NCBI GenBank assembly: GCA_051879535.1
Contig: JBJEMF010000132.1
Coordinates: 5,078 to 69,077 of the forward strand
DNA from: Lachnospira sp.
GTDB taxonomy: Bacteria > Bacillota > Clostridia > Lachnospirales > Lachnospiraceae
Direction: 5' to 3'
Length of the DNA stretch: 64,000 bases
Below the pieces are notes generated by a model. It ran no database searches, was not told the origin of the DNA, and saw only the letters and a list, made by a program, of their open reading frames with translations. The position numbers and the translations under genes are program-made. Positions 40,286 through 49,644 of this stretch are shown one piece after another. How positions within the stretch are numbered: the stretch's first letter is position 1; each line of letters opens with the position of its first letter.

Positions 40286-41225
40286 AGGACAGGTTGTTTT
40301 TGGAATAGATGTGGGTGGAACAACGTGTAAGTGCGGACTTTTCCGAATGGATGGGGAATTCATTTCCAAAAATGAGATTCCTACCAGAAAAGATGAAGGT
40401 GGAAAGTACATTCTTTATGATATAAAAGATTATATTGATAAAGAGTTAAGGGAAAAAGGAATAGATAAGTCTCAAGTGGCAGGAATTGGTATAGGTGTAC
40501 CGGGGCCTGTGACGGATGATGGAACAGTTAACAAATGTATTAACCTGGGATGGGGAGTATTTAATGTATCAAAAACCTTAAGTGATATTACAGGTATTCC
40601 TGTCAAAGTGGGAAATGATGCAAATATGGCTGCTCTTGGCGAGTTTTATGACGGAGGAGCCAAAGAGTATTCCAGCGTTGTTCTTGTGACCATAGGAACC
40701 GGCGTGGGAGGCGGAGTTATTATTAACGGCAAACCGGTGTGTGGCTATAATGGTGCCGCTGCAGAGCTGGGACATCTGCCGGTTGTGGAGGATGAGACAG
40801 AATACTGCAATTGCGGCAAAAAGGGATGCCTTGAGCAGGTAGCCTCAGCAACGGGAATTGTGAGAGCAGCAACAAGAATGTTAAATGAAACAGATACACC
40901 TTCATCATTAAGGGAAGTGCCTTATATATCGGCTAAAGTTATATTTGATGAGGCGAAGGCCGGAGATGCTGTTGCCATAAGTGTGACAGAATATGTGTGC
41001 AGATATCTGGGAAAGGGACTTGCCTGTGCCGCAGGAATGGTGGACCCGGAGTGCATCTGTATCGGTGGAGGCGTTTCGGCAGCAGGAGAGTATCTTATTA
41101 ATCTGGTTGAAAAGTATTATAAAGAATATGTGTTCCATCCATGTAAGGGAACTAAGATTGTGAGAGCAGAATTAGGGAATGATGCAGGGATGTATGGTGC
41201 AGCCAGATTGGCGATGACTGAATAG
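40275..41225 (+). CDS. glcK: ROK-family glucokinase
   Basis: GIDVGGT, GNDANMAALGE, GTGVGGG, ELGH...CNCGKKGCLE. Confidence 0.88.
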   Translation: MSSKGQVVFGIDVGGTTCKCGLFRMDGEFISKNEIPTRKDEGGKYILYDIKDYIDKELREKGIDKSQVAGIGIGVPGPVTDDGTVNKCINLGWGVFNVSKTLSDITGIPVKVGNDANMAALGEFYDGGAKEYSSVVLVTIGTGVGGGVIINGKPVCGYNGAAAELGHLPVVEDETEYCNCGKKGCLEQVASATGIVRAATRMLNETDTPSSLREVPYISAKVIFDEAKAGDAVAISVTEYVCRYLGKGLACAAGMVDPECICIGGGVSAAGEYLINLVEKYYKEYVFHPCKGTKIVRAELGNDAGMYGAARLAMTE

Positions 41226-41283
41226 TATGAAAAATCACGCTGATGGGATGATTTTATAAATTTAAAATAGAAAGAGGCAGGCT

Positions 41284-42198
41284 ATGGATAGACAGGAAAT
41301 TAAGAGTATGCTGGAGTCTATTGTAGGAGAATCCGGCGTAAAGATTGACGAACCTATGAATATCCACACAACATTTAAAATAGGCGGTGCGGCAGATTAT
41401 TTTGTCACACCTTCTTCTGTTTATGAGTTACAATCGGTTATCACATTTTTGAAAAAATCAGACATGGAATATTTTATTATAGGTAACGGAAGTAACCTGC
41501 TTGTAAGTGACGATGGGTTCAGGGGTGTTATAATCCAGTTGAATGATACATTTGACGGATGCGAATTTATTGACGATACCACAGTAGAGGTTATGGCAGG
41601 TATGCTGATGTCCCGTTTGGGAAACAGACTGGCTCAGAAAGGAATCGGAGGCTTTGAGTTTGCCACGGGAATTCCGGGAACCATAGGTGGTGCTGTACGT
41701 ATGAATGCCGGTGCTTACGGTGGAGAGATGAAAGATATAGTTGTAAGTGCTAAGGTTTTAGACAGTGACTGTAATCTTATGGAAATCAGTGCAGATAAGC
41801 TGGAGTTTGGGTATAGAACCAGTAGTATTGTAAAGAATAATTATACGGTTGTCAGTGTTGTTCTTAAGCTTGAGAAAGATGAACCTGACAAGATAAAAGA
41901 AAGAATTAAGGAACTTTCTGTGAAGAGAAGAGAAAAGCAGCCTTTGGAATATCCAAGTGCCGGAAGTACATTTAAACGGCCTGAGGGAAATTTTGCAGCA
42001 AAGCTTATTGAGGATGCAGGGCTTAAAGGCGCATCGGTGGGAGGAGCTTTGGTTTCTACAAAGCATGCAGGATTTGTCGTGAATAAAGGCGGAGCTACGG
42101 CAAAGGATGTGTGTGAACTAACCGACAGGATAAAACAGGAGGTTATGACAAAATTTGGAGTGAAATTGGAGTTGGAAGTTGTAAAGCTTGGTTTCTGA
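41284..42198 (+). CDS. murB: UDP-N-acetylenolpyruvoylglucosamine reductase
   Basis: HTTFKIGG, GNGSNLLV, GIPGTIGG..MNAGAYG, PSAGSTFKRP, KHAGF. Confidence 0.96.
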   Translation: MDRQEIKSMLESIVGESGVKIDEPMNIHTTFKIGGAADYFVTPSSVYELQSVITFLKKSDMEYFIIGNGSNLLVSDDGFRGVIIQLNDTFDGCEFIDDTTVEVMAGMLMSRLGNRLAQKGIGGFEFATGIPGTIGGAVRMNAGAYGGEMKDIVVSAKVLDSDCNLMEISADKLEFGYRTSSIVKNNYTVVSVVLKLEKDEPDKIKERIKELSVKRREKQPLEYPSAGSTFKRPEGNFAAKLIEDAGLKGASVGGALVSTKHAGFVVNKGGATAKDVCELTDRIKQEVMTKFGVKLELEVVKLGF

Positions 42199-42228
42199 TT
42201 TAAAATGTAAATCTATGGAGTGGTACTT

Positions 42229-43098
42229 ATGAAGATGGTAATTGTGACAGGTATGTCGGGAGCAGGAAAATCAACAGCACTTAATGTATTGGAGGATGAG
42301 GGATATTATTGTGTTGATAATATGCCCATTTCCCTCATACCGAAGTTTGCTGAACTGGCTGATGCCAAGGAAGACGGCTATACTAATATTGCTTTGGGAG
42401 TTGACATAAGAAGTGGACATGCACTGGTGGAACTTGATTCAGTTTTAGATGAAATGACAGAGAAGAAATACAATTATTCTATTCTCTATCTTGAGTCAAG
42501 CGACGAAGTGCTGATTAAGAGATTTAAGGAAACCAGACGTTCACATCCTCTGGCAAAGGATGGACGTGTTGATAAGGCTATATGTCAGGAAAGAGAACAG
42601 ATGCGTTTTCTTAAGGAGAGAGCGGATGTTATCGTGGATACAAGCCAGCTTCTCACAAGAGAATTAAGGGCTGAGCTTCAAAAGATTATATTTGGAAAGC
42701 ATAAATTTAATAATCTTTTTGTTACAGTATTGTCTTTCGGATTTAAGTACGGAATTCCGGCAGATGCAGATCTTGTATTTGATGTGAGATTTCTGCCTAA
42801 TCCATATTATATTGATGAATTAAAATATTTGACAGGAAATGATAAGCCTATACAGGATTTTGTAATGGGGTCGGAAGAGGCAAAGGAGTTCCTGAGCAGA
42901 ATAGACGGACTTATAAAATTCCTTCTGCCTAATTATGTAAAAGAAGGTAAGACAAGCCTTGTAATTGCTATCGGATGTACAGGAGGCAAACACAGATCTG
43001 TCACTCTTGCAAATGCAATAGCAGACATAATAAAGAAAACAGAGTACGGATGTAAGGTGGAACACAGAGATATAGAGAAGGATGCCAGAAGAAAGTGA
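42229..43098 (+). CDS. rapZ: RNase adapter / YvcJ P-loop protein
   Basis: TGMSGAGKS, ETRRSHPL, SFGFKYG, FDVRFLPNP, GCTGGKHRSV. Confidence 0.93.
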   Translation: MKMVIVTGMSGAGKSTALNVLEDEGYYCVDNMPISLIPKFAELADAKEDGYTNIALGVDIRSGHALVELDSVLDEMTEKKYNYSILYLESSDEVLIKRFKETRRSHPLAKDGRVDKAICQEREQMRFLKERADVIVDTSQLLTRELRAELQKIIFGKHKFNNLFVTVLSFGFKYGIPADADLVFDVRFLPNPYYIDELKYLTGNDKPIQDFVMGSEEAKEFLSRIDGLIKFLLPNYVKEGKTSLVIAIGCTGGKHRSVTLANAIADIIKKTEYGCKVEHRDIEKDARRK

Positions 43099-43105
43099 GG
43101 AAGGA

Positions 43106-44050
43106 ATGTCTTTTTCATCAGAAGTCAAAAAAGAGCTGGAAGGAAAAATTGATTCGGCAAGACATTGTCAAATTGCCGAATTTGCTGCCATTATGGGAAT
43201 GTCAGGACGGGTGCGTCGAAGTAGTGGCGGAGATATACAGATAGAATTAATCACTGAGAACGAGATTGCAAGGAGTAAATTTGCAGCTTTACTCTTAAAA
43301 ATATTTAACATAGAACAGACAGATATCATAGAATTGTCTGTAGAAGGAAAATCATCAAGTCTGATTGTTGCAGATCCGGTGTATGTTGCCAAAATTCTTC
43401 AGACGCTGAAGTGGACAGATGACAGGTTTGATTCAATCGAACCTGTATTTGTTGACCCCAGAATTATCCAAAAGGATTGTTGTAAGAAATCATTTATCAG
43501 AGGTGCGTTCATATCAGCGGGTTCAATAAGTGATCCCAATAAATTCTACCATTATGAAATAGTGTGCGATTATGAGGAAGATGCGCAGAACCTCAAGGAG
43601 ATGTTGTGCTTTTTTAATCTGGATGCTAAGGTAACAACCAGAAAGAACAGCTACATTGTTTATATGAAAGAAGGAAACAATATAACCGATGCCTTAAACC
43701 TTATGGGAGCCTATATTTCCCAGATGAATCTATACAATGTTATGATTCTTAAGGATATGAGAAATGACGTTAACAGAAAGGTTAACTGCGAGACCGCCAA
43801 TCTTAACAAGACTGTGGCTGCGGCAGTTAAACAGATTAAGGATATTGAATATATCAGCAGCACTGTGGGACTTGACGCTCTTAAAGACAATCTTAAACAG
43901 GTAGCAATCATAAGGCTTGAAAATCAGGATATGAGTCTTAAAGATATTGGAGATCTTCTTGATCCTCCTGTGGGAAAGTCGGGAGTTAACCATCGTTTAA
44001 GGAAGATAAGTGAAATTGCTGACGAAATAAGGTTATCAAGAGGGGATTGA
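43106..44050 (+). CDS. whiA: DNA-binding protein WhiA
   Basis: MSFSSEVKKEL, FIRGAF..GSISDP, NRKVNCETANL, KSGVNHRLRK. Confidence 0.94.
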   Translation: MSFSSEVKKELEGKIDSARHCQIAEFAAIMGMSGRVRRSSGGDIQIELITENEIARSKFAALLLKIFNIEQTDIIELSVEGKSSSLIVADPVYVAKILQTLKWTDDRFDSIEPVFVDPRIIQKDCCKKSFIRGAFISAGSISDPNKFYHYEIVCDYEEDAQNLKEMLCFFNLDAKVTTRKNSYIVYMKEGNNITDALNLMGAYISQMNLYNVMILKDMRNDVNRKVNCETANLNKTVAAAVKQIKDIEYISSTVGLDALKDNLKQVAIIRLENQDMSLKDIGDLLDPPVGKSGVNHRLRKISEIADEIRLSRGD

Positions 44051-44126
44051 CAAGAAGAGTATAATAAATGTTAGATAATTTTAAGTTATATAAGCTGTTA
44101 TTACAGCAGAAATGGAGTAAAGGATA

Positions 44127-45317
44127 ATGACAAAAGTAGATATAATTTCAGGTTTTTTAGGAGCAGGAAAGACAACCCTTATCAGCAAACTTTTAAAAGA
44201 GGCTTTTAAGGGTGAGCAGGTAGTCCTTATTGAGAATGAGTTTGGAGAAATTGGTATTGATGGCGGTTTCTTAAAGGAATCCGGTGTTGAGATAAGAGAG
44301 ATGAACTCAGGATGTATATGTTGCTCACTGGTAGGAGATTTTGGTACTTCATTAAAGGAAGTTGTAGATACTTATCATCCTGACAGGATTATTATTGAGC
44401 CGTCGGGAGTAGGAAAGCTTTCGGATGTTATCAAGGCCGTTAAGGACCTTCATATTGAAAATGAAATTAAGCTTAACAGTGCATCAACTGTGGCAGATGC
44501 ATCTAAGGTAAAGGTATATATGAAGAACTTTGGAGAGTTCTTCAATAACCAGATTGAACATGCAGGAACTATTATTTTAAGCAGAACTCAGAATGTTACA
44601 GAGGCTAAATTGAAGACTGCAATTGAATTAATCAGAACAGTTAATAAGGATGCCCATATCATTACAACTCCTTGGGATGATATCAGCGGTGAGCAGATAT
44701 TGGGAGCTATGGAAAATGTTACAAATCTTGAGTTGGAGATGCTTGCTGAGGCAGCTTCAAAAGCAGCTGAGGAGCACGAACATCACCATCATCATGACGG
44801 AGAATGCTGCTGCGGACATCACCATGATGAAGAGGGACATGACCACGACCACCACCATGATGAAGAGGAGCACGAACATCATCACCATCATGACCATGAG
44901 CATGAACACCATCACGACCATGAATGTGACCATGACCATGAACACCATCATGATCACGACCATGAGCATCATCATGATGGAGAATGCTGCTGCGGACATC
45001 ACCATGATGAAGAGGGACATGAGCATCATCATCACCATGCAGATGATGTATTTACAAGCTGGGGAACTGAGACACCTAATAAGTACGAAAAGGAAGAATT
45101 GGAAGAGATTTTAAGAAAACTTTCAGAGACAGAAGAATACGGAAATATTCTTCGTTCTAAGGGTATGATTCCTTGTACAGACGGAACATGGATGTATTTT
45201 GATTTAGTACCTGAAGAATATGAAATTCGTGAAGGTAACGCTGATTTCACAGGAAGAATCTGTGTTATCGGTGCAGACCTTAAGGAAGATGCTCTTAAGG
45301 AATTATTCAGAATTTAA
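44127..45317 (+). CDS. COG0523/CobW-family G3E GTPase metallochaperone with long His/Cys-rich insert
   Basis: SGFLGAGKTT, ENEFGE, GCICCS, IEPSG, His-rich linker, C-terminal LRSKG..VIG. Confidence 0.92.
   Translation: MTKVDIISGFLGAGKTTLISKLLKEAFKGEQVVLIENEFGEIGIDGGFLKESGVEIREMNSGCICCSLVGDFGTSLKEVVDTYHPDRIIIEPSGVGKLSDVIKAVKDLHIENEIKLNSASTVADASKVKVYMKNFGEFFNNQIEHAGTIILSRTQNVTEAKLKTAIELIRTVNKDAHIITTPWDDISGEQILGAMENVTNLELEMLAEAASKAAEEHEHHHHHDGECCCGHHHDEEGHDHDHHHDEEEHEHHHHHDHEHEHHHDHECDHDHEHHHDHDHEHHHDGECCCGHHHDEEGHEHHHHHADDVFTSWGTETPNKYEKEELEEILRKLSETEEYGNILRSKGMIPCTDGTWMYFDLVPEEYEIREGNADFTGRICVIGADLKEDALKELFRI
44787..45022 (+). repeat. 56-bp duplication (offset 180 bp) within the His-rich coding tract
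   Basis: 44787-44842 vs 44967-45022 differ at one base; both encode HHHDGECCCGHHHDEEGH. Confidence 0.9.
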
Positions 45318-45353
45318 TTTAGAAATATCATTTTGGGCAGAATGGAGAAATTT

Positions 45354-46304
45354 ATGGCACAACAGGAAGAATATCAGATTCCAATATTTTTAATAAACGG
45401 ACAGCTGGATAGCGGAAAGACAAAATTTATATCAGATACCATTGCCATGGGTCAGTTCGCTGAGGCACAGAAGAAACTTTTAATTGTCTGCGAAGAAGGA
45501 GAGGAAGAGTACAGTGAGAAACTTCTCAAAGACAACGGTATTAATATGGTAGTTCTTGAAAAAGAAGAATTTACCGAAGAAAAACTTAAAGAACTTGATA
45601 AAGAGTACGATCCATGGATTGTTATTGTTGAGTACAACGGTATGTGGGAGCCTTCTCTCATAGCTGAGACTGCAAAGCCTAAGGGATGGGAAATATATCA
45701 GTCAATTACCCTTATTGATGCATGTTCTTTCAATCTTCAGTGGAATAACATGAGATCCATAATTGCGGAATCAGTTAAAAATGCGGATATGGTAATATTC
45801 AACAGAAGCAAGTCGGGAATGGATCTGGGAAGTTACAGGAGAAGCATGAGAGCCCTTAATCCGGCACTTCAGATAGTGTTTGAGGATGACAAAGGAGAAA
45901 TGCTTTCAATTGCAGAACAGCTTCCTTATGATGTGAATGCTCCGGTTATTGAAGTTGATGACGGAGACTATGGAATATGGTACATGGATGTATCGGAAAG
46001 ACCTGAGATATATGTAGGCAAAAAAGTTAGATTTAAAGGCCAGGTACTTAAGAACAAGTATTTTAAGGATAAAAATTTTGTGCCGGGACGTAAGGTAATG
46101 ACCTGCTGTGCGGCGGATACTCAGTTTATCGGATATATCAGTTTTTACGATAACATAGCGTCTTTAGAGAACAGACAATGGGTCTGGGTGACAGCAACCA
46201 TCAAAAATGAATTCCAGATGGCTTATAAAAAGAAAGGTCCGGTTCTTTATGTAGAGACGGTTGAACCGGCAGAGCCACCGGTGGAGGAAATGGTTTATTT
46301 CTAG
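45354..46304 (+). CDS. Degenerate CobW-like GTPase domain fused to a TIGR03943/DUF1980-like C-terminal domain
   Basis: NGQLDSGKT, CEEGE, VEYNGMW, FNRS; C-terminal GRKVMTCCAADTQFIG. Confidence 0.75.
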   Translation: MAQQEEYQIPIFLINGQLDSGKTKFISDTIAMGQFAEAQKKLLIVCEEGEEEYSEKLLKDNGINMVVLEKEEFTEEKLKELDKEYDPWIVIVEYNGMWEPSLIAETAKPKGWEIYQSITLIDACSFNLQWNNMRSIIAESVKNADMVIFNRSKSGMDLGSYRRSMRALNPALQIVFEDDKGEMLSIAEQLPYDVNAPVIEVDDGDYGIWYMDVSERPEIYVGKKVRFKGQVLKNKYFKDKNFVPGRKVMTCCAADTQFIGYISFYDNIASLENRQWVWVTATIKNEFQMAYKKKGPVLYVETVEPAEPPVEEMVYF

Positions 46305-46324
46305 GATAGGGAAGATACAGTATT

Positions 46325-47275
46325 ATGATACAAGACATTTTTCCAAGTAAACTTAATATCCGGTATGTGAATGAAACCCCCGAAGAAAAAGATTATGTCT
46401 TTTTCTTTGAGGGTTCATCTGTATTGGCAAAACCTGAGGAGGGTTTCGACTGCGAGTGCCCGGAAAAGGGAGTTGTGGAATATCCACAATATAAGGATTT
46501 TTTAATGGGTATAACTTCCGGGGAAAATGAGGATTCTGTGGATAACTACAGCTTCACTTATCTGTTTTCTGTGGATGACAATAAGTATTTTCTTTGTGAG
46601 AGGACAGAAGAACTCCTTAAGGGTCAGTTCACAGGTGAAATGGCTGACAGCGGACTTCACAGGGAGTTCAAATCCATGATTGACGGATATGAATTTATTG
46701 GAGTTAATATTTTCCGAAAGGCGCAGCCTAAAGCTACAGCCTATGCAGCAATCACAGCGTACCATTTGTACGGATGGTACAGGGATAACAGATTTTGCGG
46801 AAGGTGCGGAAGCAGAACTATACATGATGACAGGGAGAGAATGATAAAATGTTCCTGCTGCGGTAATATGATATTTCCTAAAATTTGCCCTGCAGTTATT
46901 GTGGCAGTAACCAACAAAGATAAAATTCTTCTGACAAAGTATGCGGGAAGGACTTACAAGAATTATGCCCTTATTGCAGGCTTTAATGAGGTTGGAGAAA
47001 CTTTGGAGGAAACGGTTTTAAGGGAAGTAAAGGAAGAAGTTGGACTTGATGTAAAGAATATTACTTATTATAAGAGCCAGCCCTGGGGCTTAAGCGGTTC
47101 TGTTCTTGCCGGATACTATTGTGAGGTGGACGGAAACAAAGATATAACCCTGCAGGAGGATGAGCTTTCTTTCGGTAAATGGTTTAAGGCATCGGAGCTT
47201 GACGTGGAGGATGATGGAATCAGCCTTACGCGTGAGATGATAGAAAAGTTTAAAAAAGATAATACAAAGATGTAA
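46325..47275 (+). CDS. nudC: NAD(+) diphosphatase / deNADding Nudix enzyme
   Basis: Zn ribbon FCGRCG...CSCCG, FPKICPAVIV, Nudix AGFNEVGETLEETVLREVKEEVG, SQPW. Confidence 0.92.
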   Translation: MIQDIFPSKLNIRYVNETPEEKDYVFFFEGSSVLAKPEEGFDCECPEKGVVEYPQYKDFLMGITSGENEDSVDNYSFTYLFSVDDNKYFLCERTEELLKGQFTGEMADSGLHREFKSMIDGYEFIGVNIFRKAQPKATAYAAITAYHLYGWYRDNRFCGRCGSRTIHDDRERMIKCSCCGNMIFPKICPAVIVAVTNKDKILLTKYAGRTYKNYALIAGFNEVGETLEETVLREVKEEVGLDVKNITYYKSQPWGLSGSVLAGYYCEVDGNKDITLQEDELSFGKWFKASELDVEDDGISLTREMIEKFKKDNTKM

Positions 47276-47301
47276 AATAAATGTGTTGGAAAGCAAAAAA
47301 A

Positions 47302-47358
47302 GGAGTTGTCCCGCAGGATATCATTCAGATATCATTTGGCGGAGCAACTCCCTTTTTT
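47302..47358. terminator. Bidirectional terminator
   Basis: A7-ggagttgtcccgc...gcggagcaactcc-c-T6, between convergent nudC and the GH25 gene. Confidence 0.75.
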
Positions 47359-47371
47359 AGTTGTTATAGAG

Positions 47372-47470
47372 ATAGGCATTTGCGAAACCTTTTTGGCACT
47401 GAACAGTTGTGCAATATAGTATAATTGCACAACGTACAGTGCTAATACACAGAGTTTCGCAAATGCCTAT
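47372..47470. repeat. 99-bp nested foldback element
   Basis: ataggcatttgcgaaac/gtttcgcaaatgcctat (perfect 17 bp), gcactg/cagtgc, gttgtgcaat/attgcacaac. Confidence 0.8.
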
Positions 47471-47471
47471 G

Positions 47472-48545
47472 TTATTTCCATGATGTTTTCATGGTGATGT
47501 TAATGTCCACATTTCCATTGATGCCATCAATTTCCCCGGTACTTGTGTACTGCCACATTGAATACTTGTATGGGAAGTAGGGAGCGGAGGTCTGATAACC
47601 TGCAAACCATTTATCGTAATCTTCCAGTCTTGTGAGGTCTACGTTATCCATGAAATATTTAAGATTGCAATAAATCATAGGAGTATAGCCTGCATTCTTT
47701 ATGGTATCGCAAAAGGCTATAACAACATCTGTGAGCTCCTGTTTATTGAGGTCTTGCTGGCGGAAGGTATCATTGGAAATAGCTTCCACATCTATGGCAA
47801 CAGGATAGGTAACGTTATATGGTTTAATCATATTCAACACATAATTGGCTTCTTCCACAGCTTCCTCTTTGCTTATTGCCTGGGTGTAGAAATAAACCCC
47901 AACCTTTACATCATTCTTTAATGCATCTGATATGTATTTTTCAAATGAAGTATCCTGAACCAGTTTTCCTGAGCCGTAAGCTCTGTAACCACATCGAATC
48001 ATGGCATATTCCACACCATCAGCTTTAGCTTTGGCAAAATCCACTGTTGAATTGTATCTTGAAAGATCAATTCCCATATGAGATACAACATTATTATCTA
48101 CATTATAAGTTATTCTTCCGGAATCGTCGGTCTTATAATTTGCCTTGTTATATTCTGTTTTGGCAAGAGATGGATTTATATCCGCAAATACATAATTGGA
48201 GTTGTCATTAACGTAAACAACCTTATCCGGATAATATTCTTTCAAGAGAGAAAGAGTGGAATCTCCGGCAGAAAGTCGTGTGCTTATTAAATTTAAAATA
48301 TTTTCCCGTTCTTCCTGTTTGGCAGACAGAATGTCTTCCTCTGTGTAATATTTCATATCTGTATTATCTGAGCTTGCGGTGGTCGTCTTTGAGTTGTTTT
48401 TTATAATTATTACAACATGAAGACCGCCGAAAAGAAGAGTTGTTATTAAAAATATAATTGTGGTTATGAGGAAAGGGGATTTTTTCCTATTTGGTTTATT
48501 ATCCGGTGGCATCATATTAATGCCATTTGTATCATAAGTTTCCAT
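47472..48545 (-). CDS. Membrane-anchored GH25 muramidase (lysozyme)
   Basis: N-terminal TM; GIDLSRYN, GVYFY, AIDVE (DxE), MWQYTS, VDIN. ATG at 48545 follows GGAGG. Confidence 0.88.
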   Translation of the reverse strand: METYDTNGINMMPPDNKPNRKKSPFLITTIIFLITTLLFGGLHVVIIIKNNSKTTTASSDNTDMKYYTEEDILSAKQEERENILNLISTRLSAGDSTLSLLKEYYPDKVVYVNDNSNYVFADINPSLAKTEYNKANYKTDDSGRITYNVDNNVVSHMGIDLSRYNSTVDFAKAKADGVEYAMIRCGYRAYGSGKLVQDTSFEKYISDALKNDVKVGVYFYTQAISKEEAVEEANYVLNMIKPYNVTYPVAIDVEAISNDTFRQQDLNKQELTDVVIAFCDTIKNAGYTPMIYCNLKYFMDNVDLTRLEDYDKWFAGYQTSAPYFPYKYSMWQYTSTGEIDGINGNVDINITMKTSWK

Positions 48546-48611
48546 ACTATTCACACTGCTCCTCCGATTGTATAAGAATATAAATATAAGCGACATTACT
48601 TTTATAAAATT

Positions 48612-48640
48612 AGTGTAAGGGAGCTTAAATAAAATGTCAA
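48612..48640 (-). promoter_or_regulatory. Sigma-A promoter of the GH25 gene
   Basis: Minus strand TTGACA-N17-TACACT. Confidence 0.65.
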
Positions 48641-48695
48641 TCGGGGAGCATGGAAAGTGTCCGATGTGGAGATGAAAAAATAATAAATAAACCTC

Positions 48696-48724
48696 TTGAC
48701 ATTTTTATAAACTAATAGTATAGT
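48696..48724 (+). promoter_or_regulatory. Near-consensus sigma-A promoter facing antisense through yaaL toward the tad locus
   Basis: TTGACA-N17-TATAGT. Confidence 0.6.
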
Positions 48725-48754
48725 TTATTTGTAACTTATTAAAAGTATATTTCT

Positions 48755-48982
48755 TTAATTGGGAATATACATCTCTGATTCTTTTGCTTTTTGCAGAAGA
48801 TATTTATAGCGTTTCTGTTCGGAGTTAAGCTGATAGATATAACAATCAATCAGATCGGGATCGGTAGCGTTATCAAAGTTTTCGTAAGCTGCACTTAATG
48901 CATCTTTCGTCATTTTAATTTCCTGTAGCAGATATTTTTCATCGTATGTAACAGGAACATTTTTTTTCCCAAACAGTTTCAA
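48755..48982 (-). CDS. YaaL/DUF2508-family small protein
   Basis: AYENFDNATDPDLIDCYIYQLNSEQKRYKYLL. TTG start after GAGGT. Confidence 0.85.
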   Translation of the reverse strand: MKLFGKKNVPVTYDEKYLLQEIKMTKDALSAAYENFDNATDPDLIDCYIYQLNSEQKRYKYLLQKAKESEMYIPN

Positions 48983-49113
48983 TTAAATTACCTCTCAATA
49001 CTTAAGATTAGAAATTATCCGGTTAATGGTATTAACTGGAATTCTAATATTAGTATAGTCATAAACAGGTAATTCTATACATGGAGCTTTTTTAATAATT
49101 AAGAAGCAGAGGA

Positions 49114-49644
49114 GTGATAAAGCATTTGAATAGTGTAATTTTATCTATAAGAATGATAGTTTCAATTTTACTGTCAATGGGCGCTTCCGTTGATGATTAC
49201 AAACGATACCGAATTTCCAACAGGATTATAGTAGCAGGATTTATTGCAGGACTATCCTTAATCTTTGGAGATATTGTATTAGGCTGCCTGATGGGAGATG
49301 AATTTTGGAGAGTATTAAAGCATCAGTGGATTTATTTGGCAGGATTTATCAGCGCTTTTATAATTTCTTACATTATGCATCTTGTTAAAGGGATAGGGGC
49401 AGGAGATGTGAAGCTTTTTGCGGTGTTGGGGCTTATTCTTGGCATGGAAAATATACTGAGAATCATAGCATTCTCAATGGTGGCGGGGGTGGCAATCGGA
49501 ATTGTGGAGATGAAAGTTACAGGAAATAAAAGAAGTATCAGCACCTTATATGGAATAAAGCTTCATGTATTTCACTTTTCTTCTGGGATAACTGTGGGAA
49601 TAATAATTAATTTTATGATATTGATGGGAGGGATGATACATTGA
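49114..49644 (+). CDS. A24 prepilin peptidase (TadV/CpaA-like)
   Basis: VDDYKRYRISN and GIGAGDVKL aspartate motifs; TM-rich. Confidence 0.85.
   Translation: MIKHLNSVILSIRMIVSILLSMGASVDDYKRYRISNRIIVAGFIAGLSLIFGDIVLGCLMGDEFWRVLKHQWIYLAGFISAFIISYIMHLVKGIGAGDVKLFAVLGLILGMENILRIIAFSMVAGVAIGIVEMKVTGNKRSISTLYGIKLHVFHFSSGITVGIIINFMILMGGMIH

Noticed and set aside
42229-44050. Absence of yvcK and HPr from the rapZ-whiA unit
   Set aside because: Operon variation is common in Clostridia and the genes may lie elsewhere.
44650-45114. Met/Thr/Ile-rich ORFs on both strands
   Set aside because: Alternative frames of the His-rich tract of the CobW gene.
47472-48545. GH25 as a prophage endolysin
   Set aside because: It has an N-terminal TM anchor and its own sigma-A promoter, with no holin or phage genes nearby.
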